DNA of 64,000 nt from Lingula anatina. Lineage: Eukaryota; Animalia; Brachiopoda. Location of the stretch: contig CM120645.1 of NCBI GenBank assembly GCA_051362555.1, forward strand, positions 14,942,001 to 15,006,000. Reading direction: 5' to 3'. The notes beneath the pieces were generated by a model, which was given only the letters and a program-made list of their open reading frames with translations, was not told the origin of the DNA and did no database searches. Positions within the stretch are counted from its first letter, which is position 1, and each line of letters starts with the position of its first letter. Below are positions 61,901 through 64,000 of this stretch, piece after piece. A program made the position numbers and the translations under genes.

Positions 61901-62055
61901 ACACACGTATCTCTCATTAGAGAATGCGTGGGACCAGGCGGTTGACCTCGGCCGGCATTTTACCTATCGTCATCATTGTTTTCCTCTCCGCCATATTTCT
62001 CCTGGGCCGCGTCATACTGTGCTCCGGTCTGCTCGGTAAGTTCTGTGTCCGCCAT
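58954..62055 (-). CDS. Divergent hnRNP D/AB (squid/Hrp40)-like protein: 2 RRMs + RGG + G/Y/N/Q-rich tail, ~284 aa as assembled
   Basis: Exons 62055-61964, 61655-61615 (KLFVGGLS), 61475-61348 ([12 protein letters not shown]...[11 protein letters not shown]), 61128-60958 (KKIFVGGLS), 60270-60139 (KGFCFITF), 59497-59395 (RGG), 59141-58911 (GYGGYNQ repeats, TAG at 58954-58956). Terminal exon starts at 58677. Confidence 0.85.
60338..60758 (+). mobile_element. Degenerate HINE-like element related to the 882-5613 element
   Basis: 5' AACTAGACACCAAAGCTGGCAAATATGCAGATA resembles 882 AACAAGGCAGCAAAGCTGTCAAATGTACAGACA. 3' GACA microsatellite, imperfect hairpin with TATCTGTATAT, and an A run. Confidence 0.55.
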
Positions 62056-64000
62056 TCTTTCTTTCTTCTTCAATGATGTGTTTTCGTGGATTAAATGTAT
62101 CCTACCGGACTTGCAGGTAGCTGGTAAGTTTTCACGAGTGCTTCTGCACTACATTAACCTAGCTCATATTGTCATTCTTACACAAAGCAGACTTAACCAA
62201 TGACATGTAAGTAATCATAACCTGTTCTACCGGTAGGTTGGTAGGCCTACTATCATATAACGCTTCACATCCAAATAATATACTGGAAAAATAGTCGCCT
62301 ACTTAAACCACCATTTAACTACAAATTGGAAATCACATTTTTTATCAAGAAATGATACAAAATTCATAATGTTTGGCTTTAAATCTATGATATGCCTTTC
62401 AACTGTTGAAGACGCCTTTCCATCTTGTGTAAATATAGCACCTGAATAGACATTCTGTTTACAGTTCTTAACTATAGACCCGGAATGAACATACCTGAAC
62501 GGTCCTCGTCCGTGCCATTTATTACCATTAGGTTCGATTTTTTTTTCTGGTTTACCAAGCCTGACTCGTTGCAAAACGACATATCACTCCGCCTGAACAG
62601 TATATGTTCATCGAAGTCGCCCAGAGCGACAAAATTTGATCTTGCCAAAATCGTAACTTCATTTGGTCACTTCCCTCAACTCAAGAATGTGAGAGAAATT
62701 CAAGATAAGGGATTACGTATTTTTCAATCATTATTGTTTGTATATAAAAAATCATAAAAATATATCCTTGGAAGCAAATGTTTCTGGAATTTTTGTACAA
62801 AATCCAGGCTTTGACGTCACGCATGCCGTAAGACGAACCCGTTGTTTAGTCTATTTGTGAACAGTAGGCATGTTCTCCGGCAAATAGTACTCATTTTGTA
62901 ACAAAAATGTTTCTTTATTACTAAGTAAAAGTGAATGCAGGGTGGTACCATAGTCTGCTACATTGCAAAATCGCAAATTCTGTTTGATTAATAATATTCT
63001 TATGAAAGTATCATTACTCGGTGGTTTTCCGGAATGGGGATCTTATTTAGACTCAAGCTTTTTTGTTTCAAATTAGAGGCATCTCAAGTCTTACCCACTC
63101 TTTATCATGCCACAAAAACTAATTAGAAATTGCTACACACGTATCTCTCATTAGAGAATGCGTGGGACCAGGCGGTTGACCTCGGCCGGCATTTTTACCT
63201 ATCGTCATCATTGTTTTCCTCTCCGCCATATTTCTCCTGGGCCGCGTCATACTGTGCTCCGGTCTGCTCGGTAAGTTCTGTGTCCGCCATTCTTTCTTTC
63301 TTCTTCAATGATGTGTTTTCGTGGATTAAATGTATCCTACCGGACTTGCAGGTAGCTGGTAAGTTTTCACGAGTGATTCTGCATTACATTAACCTAGCTC
63401 ATATTGTCATTCTTACACAAAGCAGACTTAACCAATGACCTGTAAGTAATCATAACCTGTTCTACCGGTAAGTTGGTAGGCCTACTATCATATAACGCTT
63501 CACATCCAAATAATATACTGGAAAAATAGTCGCCTACTTAAACCACCATTTAACTACAAATTGGAAATCACATTTTTTATCAAGAAATGATACAAAATTC
63601 ATAATGTTTGGCTTTAAATCTATGATATGCCTTTCAACTGTTGAAGACGCCTTTCCATCTTGTGTAAATAGCCTATAGCACCTGAATAGACATTCTGTTT
63701 ACAGTTCTTAACTATAGACCCGGAATGCCTACATAGCTGAACGGTCCTCGTCCGTGCCATTTATTACCATTTATAAGCCTGACTCGTTGCAAAACGACAT
63801 ATCACTCCGCCTGAACAGTATATGTTCATCGAAGTCGCCCAGAGCGACAAAATTTGATCTTGCCAAAATCGTAACTTCATTTGGTCGCTTCCCTCAACTC
63901 AAGAATGTGAGAGAAATTCAAGATAAGGGATTACGTATTTTTCAATCATTATTGTTTGTATATAAAAAATCATAAAAATATATCCTTGGAAGCAAATGTT
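61876..64000. repeat. Tandem segmental duplication, period ~1234 bp, including hnRNP-like exon 1 and upstream region; second copy runs off the window
   Basis: CCACAAAAACTAATTAGAAATTGC at 61876 and 63110. Copies are near-identical with a few SNPs/indels. Duplicate coding exon at 63290-63199 (-). Confidence 0.95.

Overview
AT-rich, intron-containing animal genomic DNA, probably an invertebrate (lophotrochozoan/mollusc-like; taxon inferred, not shown). I reconstructed eight protein-coding genes by hand from GT-AG boundaries and reading frame. RUVBL1 (5' part, -) lies head-to-head with a complete CCDC146 (+). A secreted coiled-coil + fibrinogen-domain gene is nested antisense in the first coding intron of CCDC146, where I recall vertebrate FGL2 sits. 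Further along are a CHST11-like sulfotransferase (-), a secreted type-B carboxylesterase (-), a 12-exon single-domain M12B/reprolysin metalloprotease (-) largely missed by the ORF track, an intronless RING + NHL (TRIM-like) gene (+) with a dense CRE-motif cluster, and a divergent hnRNP D/AB (squid)-like gene (-) with a frameshift and a duplicated promoter/exon 1. Non-coding DNA includes a 4.7-kb Helentron-type element (HINE) carrying a 161-bp satellite array, smaller HINEs, several MITEs and local tandem duplications. I recognised no rRNA, tRNA or CRISPR array. Coordinates were counted by eye and may be off by a few bases.
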